Positions 10,065 through 19,512 of a DNA stretch of 64,000 nt are shown piece by piece. The DNA comes from an uncultured delta proteobacterium. GTDB taxonomy: Bacteria > Desulfobacterota > Binatia > UBA9968. The position numbers and the translations under genes are program-made. How positions within the stretch are numbered: position 1 is the first letter of the stretch; each line of letters starts with the position of its first letter. The stretch is from positions 160,001 through 224,000 of the forward strand of contig CAVTUQ010000002.1 of NCBI GenBank assembly GCA_963737905.1. The letters run 5' to 3'. The notes beneath the pieces were generated by a model. It saw nothing but the letters and a program-made list of their open reading frames with translations, was not told the origin of the DNA and searched no databases.

Positions 10065-10736
10065 ATGGCAATCGAGACGAAAACAAAATCAAACGCGAGT
10101 CAGAAAAAAGGCCGGGTCAAGAAGATTATCGCGCGGCTGGAAAAGGCCCATCCCGACGCCAAGCTTGACTTGGATTTTACCAATCCCCTGGAACTGCTCA
10201 TCGCTTTGATACTGGCAGCGCAGGCCCGGGACGATCTCGTCAATCGAATGACGGCCGATCTTTTCAAGAAATACCGAACGGCAAAAGATTATGCCCGCGA
10301 GACCCTACCGAAGCTGGAAAGCCAGATCAACAAAATTAACTTTTATCGCAATAAAGCAAAATCGATTCATAACTGCTGCAGCGAAATCGTCAAACGCTTC
10401 AATGGCAAAGTCCCCGACAAGCTGGACGACCTGCTTACTCTTCCCGGCGTAGGAAGAAAAACAGCCAATATCTTGCTTGGCAACGCTTTCGGGCGACAAA
10501 CCATCGGCGTCGACACCCACGTTATGCGCCTCTCGCAGCGACTCGGATTCACAAAGAACACCAACCCAGACAAGATCGAATTCGATGTCACACCGCTTGT
10601 GCCGGAAAAGCAGCGCGTGCCCTTTTGCCATCTTCTGCAATACCACGGACGGCGCGTTTGCCTTGCCAAAAACCCTCGCTGTCCAAGCTGTGCGATCATG
10701 TCGCTTTGCCCCTATCCGAACAAGACGAGATTCTGA
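10065..10736 (+). CDS. nth: Endonuclease III
   Basis: HhH LPGVGRKTAN, VDTH, C-x6-C-x2-C-x5-C 4Fe-4S motif. Confidence 0.95.
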   Translation: MAIETKTKSNASQKKGRVKKIIARLEKAHPDAKLDLDFTNPLELLIALILAAQARDDLVNRMTADLFKKYRTAKDYARETLPKLESQINKINFYRNKAKSIHNCCSEIVKRFNGKVPDKLDDLLTLPGVGRKTANILLGNAFGRQTIGVDTHVMRLSQRLGFTKNTNPDKIEFDVTPLVPEKQRVPFCHLLQYHGRRVCLAKNPRCPSCAIMSLCPYPNKTRF

Positions 10737-10792
10737 TTGTTTCGCTTCCTGCAAAGCAGTACACTCCAACAGCGTGCGATCAGCGTCAGATC

Positions 10793-11545
10793 ATGATCAA
10801 AATCCTTGAGCCACCGCCCCTGTCGGGTTTGATTCGCGAGACGCGGGGTCTCCTCGAGCTGCCCCGGCTCATGTTGAGCTTTCGGGACCTTGCTCGGCAA
10901 CCTCGGGGGCAGGGTCAACCTGTTCTGCTGCTTCCTGGATACGGTGCGGGAGATGGCTCAACCGCGATCCTCAAGAGCTATTTGCGTCTGCTGGGTTATC
11001 GGGTCCGAGGCTGGGGCCTGGGACGAAATTCTGGCGATGTGCCGGATCTGCTGCCTCGCGTTCTAAAACACATCACTTCATTTGCTCGTAGAACGGAGCA
11101 GGAAGTGCGACTCATCGGCTGGAGCTTGGGAGGATACCTGGCCAGAGAGGCGGCCCGCGAACGGCCCGATCTGGTCCATCGCGTGATTACTCTCGGTACA
11201 CCCGTCGTCGGCGGCCCCAAGTACACTGTTGTCGCTCGTCGGTTTCACCGCCGTGGTATCGACATTGAGGCGATCGAGGCCGAAATCGAATTGCGCAATC
11301 AGATCTCGCTCCGTACACCCGTGACGGCGATATACTCGCGCGCGGATGCCGTCGTCGCATGGGAAGCTTGTATCGATCAAAACGGTACTGACGTGGAGCA
11401 CATCGAAGTCCGCACGACTCATATCGGTTTCGGGTTCTCTGCGGAAGTTTACAAGATCATCGCCCAGCGGCTCGCCGACGATGACAAGCCTTCTTGTCGA
11501 TCGCCGGCAGATGAAACGGCGCCGCAATTTGGCCGCCAACGCTAG
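10793..11545 (+). CDS. Alpha/beta hydrolase (lipase/PGAP1-like)
   Basis: VLLLPG, GWSLGG nucleophile elbow, IYSRADAVV, His in THIG. Confidence 0.88.
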   Translation: MIKILEPPPLSGLIRETRGLLELPRLMLSFRDLARQPRGQGQPVLLLPGYGAGDGSTAILKSYLRLLGYRVRGWGLGRNSGDVPDLLPRVLKHITSFARRTEQEVRLIGWSLGGYLAREAARERPDLVHRVITLGTPVVGGPKYTVVARRFHRRGIDIEAIEAEIELRNQISLRTPVTAIYSRADAVVAWEACIDQNGTDVEHIEVRTTHIGFGFSAEVYKIIAQRLADDDKPSCRSPADETAPQFGRQR

Positions 11546-11582
11546 TAAATTCAACCGTCAGTCCCTATCCACAAACGACTAG

Positions 11583-12068
11583 ATGGAACGGGACCTTCTA
11601 TACTGGCTTCTGGCCATACTCCTTGTCGCCATCGGCTTAGCGGGCGTCATTCTTCCGGCGATACCGGGTGCACCTCTGCTCTTTGCCGGCCTTTTTGTAG
11701 CGGCGTGGATGGAAGATTTTGTCTATGTGGGCAAGTGGACGCTCACGATCCTCGGTTTCCTTGCCCTCCTGACGTATGGCGTAGATTTCTGGGCAACTAT
11801 GTTTGGAGCAAAGCGCTTCGGCGCCTCCAAGCGCGCAATTGTCGGCGCTCTTGCCGGCACCATCGTGGGACTCTTCCTTGGCTTCCCGGGAGTTTTGTTT
11901 GGCCCGTTTATCGGCGCCGTAATCGGTGAGCTGTCAGCGCGGCGCAATCTCGAAGATGCGGCACGTGCAGGGTTCGGCGCGACCATCGGCTTAGTGCTGG
12001 GCGTCGCGCTCAAACTTGCGCTTGCTTTGTCAATGATTGGCATATTCGCGGTGGCCCGTTTTTTCTGA
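11583..12068 (+). CDS. DUF456-family membrane protein
   Basis: GVILPAIPG, GAKRFGASK, GPFIGAVIGE. Confidence 0.88.
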   Translation: MERDLLYWLLAILLVAIGLAGVILPAIPGAPLLFAGLFVAAWMEDFVYVGKWTLTILGFLALLTYGVDFWATMFGAKRFGASKRAIVGALAGTIVGLFLGFPGVLFGPFIGAVIGELSARRNLEDAARAGFGATIGLVLGVALKLALALSMIGIFAVARFF

Positions 12069-12096
12069 TAACCAGACGAAGTACTTCTTGTCCCGA

Positions 12097-12468
12097 TTAC
12101 TTCGCGTCTCGGTGCACGGTCGCCGGCGAGAAAGCAGGCAAACACACGGCGATGTACTCCGCACCCTCCGGCCCAGGCGTACTGTAACGCACCCACTCGC
12201 CCCCGCTCACGATGATGCCCTGCCCCGCGCGAACCGGATAAACACCCTCGCGGGTCTCTACCTGCAATTCACCGCGCAGGACGATCGTATACTCATCAAA
12301 CTCCGGCGTCTGCCCCGGCTCATTCCAACCACAAGGGCTCGTCATCTTCGCAATGCTGATCGCGGCCGTCTCTGAATTCACCCGTCCGATAAATTCTTCG
12401 ATAATCTTCGGCGGCTCCCCCGCTGCAGGAATGATCGTCGGTGCTGAAATGATTCGCGCCATTTCCAA
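12097..12468 (-). CDS. Cupin-domain protein (EutQ-like)
   Basis: KIIEEFIGRVN, EPGQTPEFDEY, YIAVCLPAFSP. Confidence 0.85.
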   Translation of the reverse strand: MEMARIISAPTIIPAAGEPPKIIEEFIGRVNSETAAISIAKMTSPCGWNEPGQTPEFDEYTIVLRGELQVETREGVYPVRAGQGIIVSGGEWVRYSTPGPEGAEYIAVCLPAFSPATVHRDAK

Positions 12469-12586
12469 AAACTACATGGAAAAACGGCTCAGGGCAATTG
12501 ATTTCTTCCAATTCGCCGGGAAAAAACCGCCGCCGGCCGCCCGTAGCTGTGATAAGCTCTTTTTAATCCGACCCAATGCTTACACT

Positions 12587-14072
12587 ATGATCGAGTCTCT
12601 AACCAGTCTTGCTTACGGCTTTCACATCGCGCTGCAGCCGCAAAACCTTCTCTACTGCTTTATCGGTGTCACCATGGGGACCTTGGTCGGTGTGCTACCC
12701 GGGATCGGTCCGACCGCAACCATCGCGCTGCTCTTGCCGGCGACCTTCAAGCTCAATCCGATCTCCGCCATCATCATGCTTTCCGGAATTTGCATGGCGC
12801 TATGTACGGATGTCGACGAATTGGATTTTGCTAACATCCCCGGCGAAGCGTCTTCCTGTCCTGCTGACACGGCTATCAGATGGCTCGTCAGGGTCGGGCG
12901 GGCCTCGCTCTCGGTATCTCCGCCTTCGGCTCTTTTATCGCCGGCACGTCAGCATCGTCGGCCTCCTCACTTTCCGCCCACGCTCGCCGACTTCGCTGTC
13001 GAATCGGGGCGGCCGAGACTTCGCTCTCATGGTCATGGGGTTAAGGGTGGTCGCCTATCTTGCCAGAAAAGGGATGGCCAAAGCTTTGATGATGGCGGTT
13101 GCCGGCATCGTTCTGAGGTTCGTCGGTCTCGATCCGATCACGGGCACCCCGATTCACTTTCGGCATGTGGATCTCGCGAACGGAATCGGCATCGCGCCCG
13201 TAGTCATGGGGTTATTCGGCATCGCCGAAGTTTTGGAAAACCTCGGAGTGCTGACCAAGGTAAAGTCTTCGCCGGGAAAATCAAGGGGCTTTTCCCCGAC
13301 CGTGAAGATTGGAGACGATCCATGGGCCGATAGCGCGCGGCTCGCTGTTGGGATTTTTTCTCGGACTGTTGCCGGGAGTCGGGGCGATCGTGCCGCAATT
13401 TTTGAGCTACGCCCTCGAAAAGAAGCTCTCCCGCCATCCGGAACGATTCGGCAACGGGGAGATCGAAGGGGTCGCTGCGCCGGAGGCCTGTAACAACGCT
13501 GCGGTTGGCGGGACCTTTATCCCGCTGCTAAGCCTCGGCATTCCCTCGAACGCCATGACCGCGATTCTTCTGGAGCCCTCATGATCTACGGCTTGACTCC
13601 GGGGCCCTTGCTGATCAAAAACTCTCCGGATCTTTTCTGGGGCGTGATCGCGAGCATGTACATCGGCAACATCATGCTCTTGATCCTCAACCTGCCGCTG
13701 ATTCCCATGTGGGTGAGTGTCTTGAAAATCCCTTACTCTTATCTTGCCTCCTTCATTATCCTTTTTTGCTTGATCGGCGCCTATAGCCTCAATAACAGCA
13801 CCACGGATATTTATGTCGCGGTCATTTTCAGCTTCGTTGGTCTGCTCATGAAAAAATTCGAGTTCGAAGGTGCGCCACTGGTGCTGGCCTTCGTTTTGGG
13901 TCCGCTGCTTGAGACGGCTTTGAGGCGCTCGCTTATTCTATCCGATGGAAGCTTCTTGATTTTCCTCCAGCGGCCTATATCCGCCGCCTTCATTCTGTTT
14001 TCTATCGTTGTACTCGTAGCTCCCCTATTCAGCAAATTAAGATTGGGGCGTGGACTCAATGAAGAGGACTAA
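12587..14072 (+). CDS. tctA: TctA tripartite tricarboxylate transporter large subunit; multiply frameshifted
   Basis: GTLVGVLPGIG, NIPGEAS, GVAAPEACNNA, LSLGIP and PGPLL spread over four ORFs. Confidence 0.85.
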
Positions 14073-14520
14073 AATCACCATCATCAGCGCCGGCGCCCTT
14101 TTCTGGGTTGCTCTGGGAATCCTGGTATGTTATGGAGCGACCCGACTCGGATTGGGAAGCGTCACGGAGCCCGGCTCCGGTTTCATCTTCTTCTGGTCCG
14201 GGTTGATTCTAGTGATCTTGTCCTGCATCGTTGTTGCCGAGTCTCTGCGCAACACCGAGGAGATGGTCCAGGAGACAAGGGAGATGAACTGGGTGAAGAT
14301 TGCTCTGGTTCTCTTGTCGCTAGTATTATATGCGTTTTTTTTGGAGAGGCTTGGTTTTGTTTTGACGACATTTGTCCTACTGAGCTTTTTGTTGGGCTGG
14401 ATCGAACGAACCAACTGGGCCCGATCGCTCGGCGTCGCGAGCGCGGCCGCACTGGGGACCTTTATAATTTTTGAGCTCTGGTTAAAGATTCGGCTTCCGA
14501 AAGGAATCTTCGGTTTCTGA
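14059..14520 (+). CDS. tctB: TctB small membrane subunit
   Basis: EPGSGF, 4 TMs, LPKG C-terminus. Confidence 0.85.
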   Translation: MKRTKITIISAGALFWVALGILVCYGATRLGLGSVTEPGSGFIFFWSGLILVILSCIVVAESLRNTEEMVQETREMNWVKIALVLLSLVLYAFFLERLGFVLTTFVLLSFLLGWIERTNWARSLGVASAAALGTFIIFELWLKIRLPKGIFGF

Positions 14521-14540
14521 TTCGAAAGGAGGAGAAAAAA

Positions 14541-15533
14541 GTGATGCGATCGAGCAATTTGCCAGGACTCGCTTTGCTGGCGGGTATTTTTCTTTCTTCG
14601 GCGGCAACTCTATCTTGGTCACAGGAAAAGTATCCTTCGCGGCCCATCGAAATGGTCGTCGCTTTTCCTGCCGGAGGTTTTGCCGACGTGACCGGCCGGA
14701 TATTCGCTGAAGAGATGTCGAAAGTGTTAAATACCCCGATTGCGCCCATCAACAAGGGTGGCGCCACCGGCAGCCTTGCCGCCACCACTATGCTCAATTC
14801 GCCAAAAGACGGATACAGTATTCTAGTGAATACCCTCGGCGGAATGGTTTTGGCGCCCGTCACTCTCAGGGACGTGAAATACGACACCAACAAAGATTTC
14901 TATCCCATCGCGTTCATCACATCCGCGCCGGATGGACTCACGGTTCGCGCAGAATCCCCTTACAAGAATCTCAATGACTTGATTGACGCGGCAAAAAAGA
15001 ATCCGAACAAATTGTCCTATGGTACGGCGGGCACGGGGGTCGGCGGTCACTTCAATTCCCTGATCCTCTCCCAGGTCACCGGCATCAAAATCAAACACGT
15101 TCCCTACAAAGGAGGCGGAGAGTACATTCCAGCGCTATTGGGTGGCCACCTAGACTTTGTCATCGGCACCGCAATCGCGACTCTCCCTCAGGAAAGCGCG
15201 GGCAAGCTCAGAACTTTGGTGCTCTTGGGCAACAACAAAATGAAGGGACTCCCCTCGGTTCCGACGACCGCGGCGCTGGGAATCAAAGGAGACTATCTCG
15301 ATAGCTGGGCCGGGACCTTCGTCACCGCCGGCACCCCCAAGCCGATCATCGACACGCTCACCACCGCGGCCGAGAAGGTGATCAAGTCCAAGGAATTCGG
15401 CGCCAGGATCGAAAAAACCGGCGGTGTCGTGCAGTATGTATCTCCGTCTGATTTTCGTACCATGATGGACCGCGACAAAAACACCGCCCTGGAGATCGCA
15501 AAAAAGGAAGGACTGCTACAGGCACAGAAGTGA
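14541..15533 (+). CDS. tctC: TctC/Bug periplasmic substrate-binding protein
   Basis: YPSRPIEMVVAFPAGG, DGYS, HVPYKGG. Confidence 0.92.
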   Translation: MMRSSNLPGLALLAGIFLSSAATLSWSQEKYPSRPIEMVVAFPAGGFADVTGRIFAEEMSKVLNTPIAPINKGGATGSLAATTMLNSPKDGYSILVNTLGGMVLAPVTLRDVKYDTNKDFYPIAFITSAPDGLTVRAESPYKNLNDLIDAAKKNPNKLSYGTAGTGVGGHFNSLILSQVTGIKIKHVPYKGGGEYIPALLGGHLDFVIGTAIATLPQESAGKLRTLVLLGNNKMKGLPSVPTTAALGIKGDYLDSWAGTFVTAGTPKPIIDTLTTAAEKVIKSKEFGARIEKTGGVVQYVSPSDFRTMMDRDKNTALEIAKKEGLLQAQK

Positions 15534-15656
15534 GCCACTAACCCACATCGTCGGCACTTTCTTGAGTGTCTTTAGATGTTTTCGGCGGCTGCGCCGCCGC
15601 AGTAATGATTGTCGTTGTCGAAATGAGTCATGGTATATTTCGAAGAAACACGTTGG

Positions 15657-15690
15657 TTGACACGGGTACGCCAGAGGCGTAGTATAGCTC
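15657..15690 (+). promoter_or_regulatory. Sigma70 promoter with palindromic operator for the TA operon
   Basis: TTGACA(15657)-N17-TAGTAT(15680); TACGCC-aga-GGCGTA inverted repeat at 15667-15681; GTG lies 5 nt after the -10. Confidence 0.75.
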
Positions 15691-16005
15691 GTGTTCACCT
15701 TCATCGAATCAACAATCTTCGAGCGTGTGCGCGACGCATATCTCGATGACGATGATTACGCTGAATTGCAGCAGTTTATGATGGAGCGACCCGAAGCGGG
15801 GAATGTAATCCCAGGCTCGGGTGGAGTAAGAAAACTGCGCTGGAAACGAAAAGGTATGGGTAAGCGCGGCGGTTTGCGGGTGATTTATATGGTGCGCTAC
15901 CAACCTAATGAGTTTTGGCTGCTAACTATCTACGCTAAAGCGAAACAGGAAAATGTGCCGGCGCATATTCTTAAGCAACTAAAGGAGACATTTGAACATG
16001 GGTAA
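15691..16005 (+). CDS. RelE/HigB-like toxin
   Basis: PEAGNVIPGSGGVRKLRW, GKRGGLRVIY, LLTIYAK. Confidence 0.88.
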   Translation: MFTFIESTIFERVRDAYLDDDDYAELQQFMMERPEAGNVIPGSGGVRKLRWKRKGMGKRGGLRVIYMVRYQPNEFWLLTIYAKAKQENVPAHILKQLKETFEHG

Positions 16006-16312
16006 GAAACTGAAGGGACGAGCGCTTTCTAAATTTGAGGCCGGGCGCGATGTTTGGCAAGAAGTACTGGACGGGGTCCGCGAAATAAAGTCGGGTGGCG
16101 GCAAACGATCTGTGGTGGAGCCCCGCTCGCCCATTGTACGCGCTCGCTTGAAAGCAGGTCTCACCCAAGAGCAATTCGCCGCATTGCTCGGGGTCTCAAA
16201 ACGCACCCTGGAACAATGGGAGCAAGGACGCCGCAAACCCAGTCAAGCGGCGAAGACGCTTATCAAGGTAGCGGAGTTGCATCCCGAAGTACTGCGCAAG
16301 ATCGCTGCCTAA
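15998..16312 (+). CDS. HigA-like XRE HTH antitoxin
   Basis: GLTQEQFAALLGVSKRTLEQWEQGRRKP; overlaps the toxin stop. Confidence 0.88.
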   Translation: MGKKLKGRALSKFEAGRDVWQEVLDGVREIKSGGGKRSVVEPRSPIVRARLKAGLTQEQFAALLGVSKRTLEQWEQGRRKPSQAAKTLIKVAELHPEVLRKIAA

Positions 16313-16343
16313 CTGTTCTCTCAATTCCGGCCCAAAGAAGCTT

Positions 16344-16754
16344 TTGGTGGATACCGGGAGCGAATTCACCTGGGCACCGGAACGGATGCTAGAAAGGATT
16401 GGTATCCGTCGCGAAAAAAAGGATGTAACATTCGTCCTCGCCAACGGTCAAGAGGTTACGCGGAGCGTCGGCTTTGCGATTATTCGCCTCGACAAGTATT
16501 TCACGATCGACGAGGTTGTTTTCGCCGAACCCGGCGATCTCGCACTCTTAGGAGCCCGCACGCTTGAAGGACTAAGCTTGACCGTCGAGCCTGTCAGGCG
16601 AAGACTTGTGGCCTCCGAACCTCTACCCGCAGCGTCGCCAATACCCAAAGCCAACTTCGCGTTTGAGAAGGTTCAATCGCCGCGCCAAGGACGACTAGCG
16701 CCAGCGTCAGTTATCGCTATGACTGAGGCGTTCGCAGTAACACTGCTATTGTAA
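16344..16754 (+). pseudogene. Clan AA (retropepsin-like) aspartic protease, N-terminally truncated
   Basis: LVDTGS catalytic motif at the very start, LANG flap, LLGARTLEGL; the usual N-terminal strands are absent. Confidence 0.65.
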
Positions 16755-16767
16755 CTGTTGCTCCGTC

Positions 16768-17160
16768 CTATTTCGCACGGGTCGTCAATTCAATCTTGTA
16801 TCCATTGGGATCTTCGAGGAAGGCGATGGCGTTGCTACCGCTTCCATGCTTCATCGGGCCGGGCTCGCGCACGATTTTAATCCCTTTGCCGCGAAATTCG
16901 TCGCAGGCTTTATAAACGTCCGGCACGCCAAGAGCGATGTGTCCAAAACCGTTACCAATGTCATATGCGTGCGTGTCCCAGTTGTAGGTCAGTTCAATGA
17001 CCGCGTCAGTTTCCTCCGACCCATACCCGACAAAGACGTTGGTAAAACGGCCGGACTCATAGTCTCTTTTCTTTAGGAGCTTCATCCCGAGTCCGTCACA
17101 GTAGAATTTTAAGCTCTCATCAAGGTTATTGACGCGGATCATCGTATGGACGATTTTCAT
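16768..17160 (-). CDS. gloA: Lactoylglutathione lyase (glyoxalase I)
   Basis: HTMIRV, IELTYNW, GFGHIA, REPGPMKHG, EDPNGYKIE. Confidence 0.93.
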   Translation of the reverse strand: MKIVHTMIRVNNLDESLKFYCDGLGMKLLKKRDYESGRFTNVFVGYGSEETDAVIELTYNWDTHAYDIGNGFGHIALGVPDVYKACDEFRGKGIKIVREPGPMKHGSGSNAIAFLEDPNGYKIELTTRAK

Positions 17161-17218
17161 ACCTTCCCCCTTCGCTGAATGATTCATGTTATCGAAAGTC
17201 TAACCGCTGAGTTGGACT

Positions 17219-18199
17219 TCAACTCATCGCGTTGGCAAACCCTCGGATCGTTTCTTCTCTGCTCCCGCCCGGAGCACTATAAGGAATAATCGCGATCTGC
17301 TGGATGCCAGTTTTTTTGATACGCTCGATCTGTGCGCGGCATTGATCGACCGTACCGGCGATGGCGAATTTATCTACGAGCCAGTCGGGAATGACCTCCG
17401 CGTGATTCGCCTGTTGATCCATGTGGTGATAGTAGTCGTAGGTTTTTCGGATCTCTTCCAAAACTTTCTGCTCTTTCGGATCAAGCACGTACGGCAGTGG
17501 ATGCGCCACGACGCGGGCAACATGCGCCTTCACGGCATCTTTAGCCGGAGATTTGTCTGAAACGGCGCAGGGAACCCATAGAACAAGATTGATATCCTCA
17601 AGTTTGCGTCCCGCTGCTTTGGCTCCTGCGGCGATCTTGTCTTTTGCGTGACCGACGTATTCGTCGGCGACGCCGACGAGCACGATAATTCCGTCGGCGA
17701 TGCGTCCGGAAAGTTCGAGCATCTTCGGCCCGCTAGCGGCGATGTAAATGGGAACTTTTCCTTTGCATGGATGCAGCAGGTGAATCTTACCCGTCTCAAG
17801 CTGGACTTCTTTGCCGGCGAAAAGATCGCGCATCTCCTGCATGGTCTTTTCGAAATAGGAAAGCTTCGCCGGTTTCATTCCCATGGTCTCGACGGAGCTG
17901 TCGCCCAGGCCGATGCCGACGATCATGCGGCCGGGAGAATATTCTTCCAACGTTGCATAGGCGCTGGCCAGAACCGACGGATGGCGCGTGAGCGGATTGG
18001 TGACACCGGTGCCGATCTTGACCTTGGAAGTATTCAAGGCAACGGCGGCCATATTGACGTAGGCCTCGCGCCAGATGAGGTGAGAGTCACCAATCCACAC
18101 GTGGCTAAAGCCGAGTTCCTCAGAAAGCCTGGCGAGATGAATTATCTTTTGTAGCGGTTCGGTCGGAAAAAGGCCGACGCCGAACTGGAAAGTGCTCAC
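17219..18199 (-). CDS. LLM-class flavin/F420-dependent oxidoreductase
   Basis: GTG 18199 with SD; GFSHVWIGDSH, GTGVTNP.TRHP, PIYIAASGPKML. Confidence 0.88.
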   Translation of the reverse strand: MSTFQFGVGLFPTEPLQKIIHLARLSEELGFSHVWIGDSHLIWREAYVNMAAVALNTSKVKIGTGVTNPLTRHPSVLASAYATLEEYSPGRMIVGIGLGDSSVETMGMKPAKLSYFEKTMQEMRDLFAGKEVQLETGKIHLLHPCKGKVPIYIAASGPKMLELSGRIADGIIVLVGVADEYVGHAKDKIAAGAKAAGRKLEDINLVLWVPCAVSDKSPAKDAVKAHVARVVAHPLPYVLDPKEQKVLEEIRKTYDYYHHMDQQANHAEVIPDWLVDKFAIAGTVDQCRAQIERIKKTGIQQIAIIPYSAPGGSREETIRGFANAMS

Positions 18200-18212
18200 T
18201 AGACTTCCTCCT

Positions 18213-19386
18213 TCAACAGCAGGTTTCGCCGGCGACTCGTTCAGGCGGCGGCGTTTGTTGGCTCCGGCCGGCGACGCGAATTTCTCCGTCGATAATGACA
18301 TAAGAAATACCCGGCAGATCGCCCTTGGAGAACGAGTCCAGCGCGTCATGGGCAACGGACCCCGTGATCTTATGCATCAATACGATGTCCGCGGGCCGTC
18401 CTTCTTCGAGTATGCCGATGTCGAGCCCGTGCGCGCGTCCGACGTTTCCCGTAGCCATGCAAATGGTTTTTTCCGGCGACAACTCACCGACTGATGAAAT
18501 GAACGCGATCTCACGCAGGATCCCGCGTGGGATGACACCGGTTCCGCCCGGGGTGTCTGTGCCTATGAGAACGCGGTGATAGACCCCCTTTGCCTTGACC
18601 GCATGGATCAGACTCAAAGCCAAGCGGTAGTTGCCCGAGCTACAGATCTCGACAAAATATTCTGTCTCGTTGGCGATGCGAATCATCTCTGCTTCCGGCA
18701 TCGGGATCGGACCGCCCGTAATGTGGCCGATGATGTCCGGTTTGATTTTGTTTACAATTTCCCAGCCGGCGACTTGGCTAACGCCCGATCGTGAGACGCC
18801 CCCGGAGTGAATCTTCACTTTGATGCCGCGCGCATGCGCCCAGCTTACGTAGCGCTCCGCTTCGCCGTTCGGCAACAGACTGTAGTCGTAGAAGATAAAC
18901 TTTACCAATTTGATACCAAGAGACGCGATCTCATCGAAATCTTTTTCGGTCGAGTCCGGGAACTAAAAGCAGCGTACCGGCATGAACCTTCACCCCCGAC
19001 GGCCGCTGGTTGTCGTAGCAGCGTTTCGTAACGATCGCCACCGAAAGAGCCGTTCGCGCATCCGGCGGCAACGGCAGGCCGGGCAAATGCAGCTCGCCGG
19101 CGGAAATCAGAGCGGTCACCCCGCCATGCATGTAGTTGGTGATCCACGAGAGCGAGTTTTGTGCCGGTGTATATTCGCCGATGGATGGATGTGAATGGGA
19201 ATCGATCAATCCAGGAATCGCTGTGATGCCGTTGGCATCAATGACATGATCGGCTTTGCGGCTGATACCGTTGCCGATTTCTTTGACGACGGCGCCTTCA
19301 ATAAAAATGGAGTCCGCGCTGCGCAGCGGGCTCTCTAACTTTCCCGTAACCAAAGTACCGATGTTTTTGATCAGGATCGAAGGCAT
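18213..19386 (-). CDS. Enamidase-like amidohydrolase; one frameshift near 18945
   Basis: PGLIDSHSH, GVTALISAGE, IHSGG.S, GHITGGP, IGTDTPGGTG over two ORFs. Confidence 0.82.
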
Positions 19387-19512
19387 GCACGGACTATAGC
19401 AAAGCTTTTGCGGCAAAAAAACAAAGACGCTAGATCGTGACCAGACCCGGATCGATTCTTCAACGATCGTCAAAAATGATATCGTGAGTTTTAAGATGCA
19501 TCATCCAGCCTA

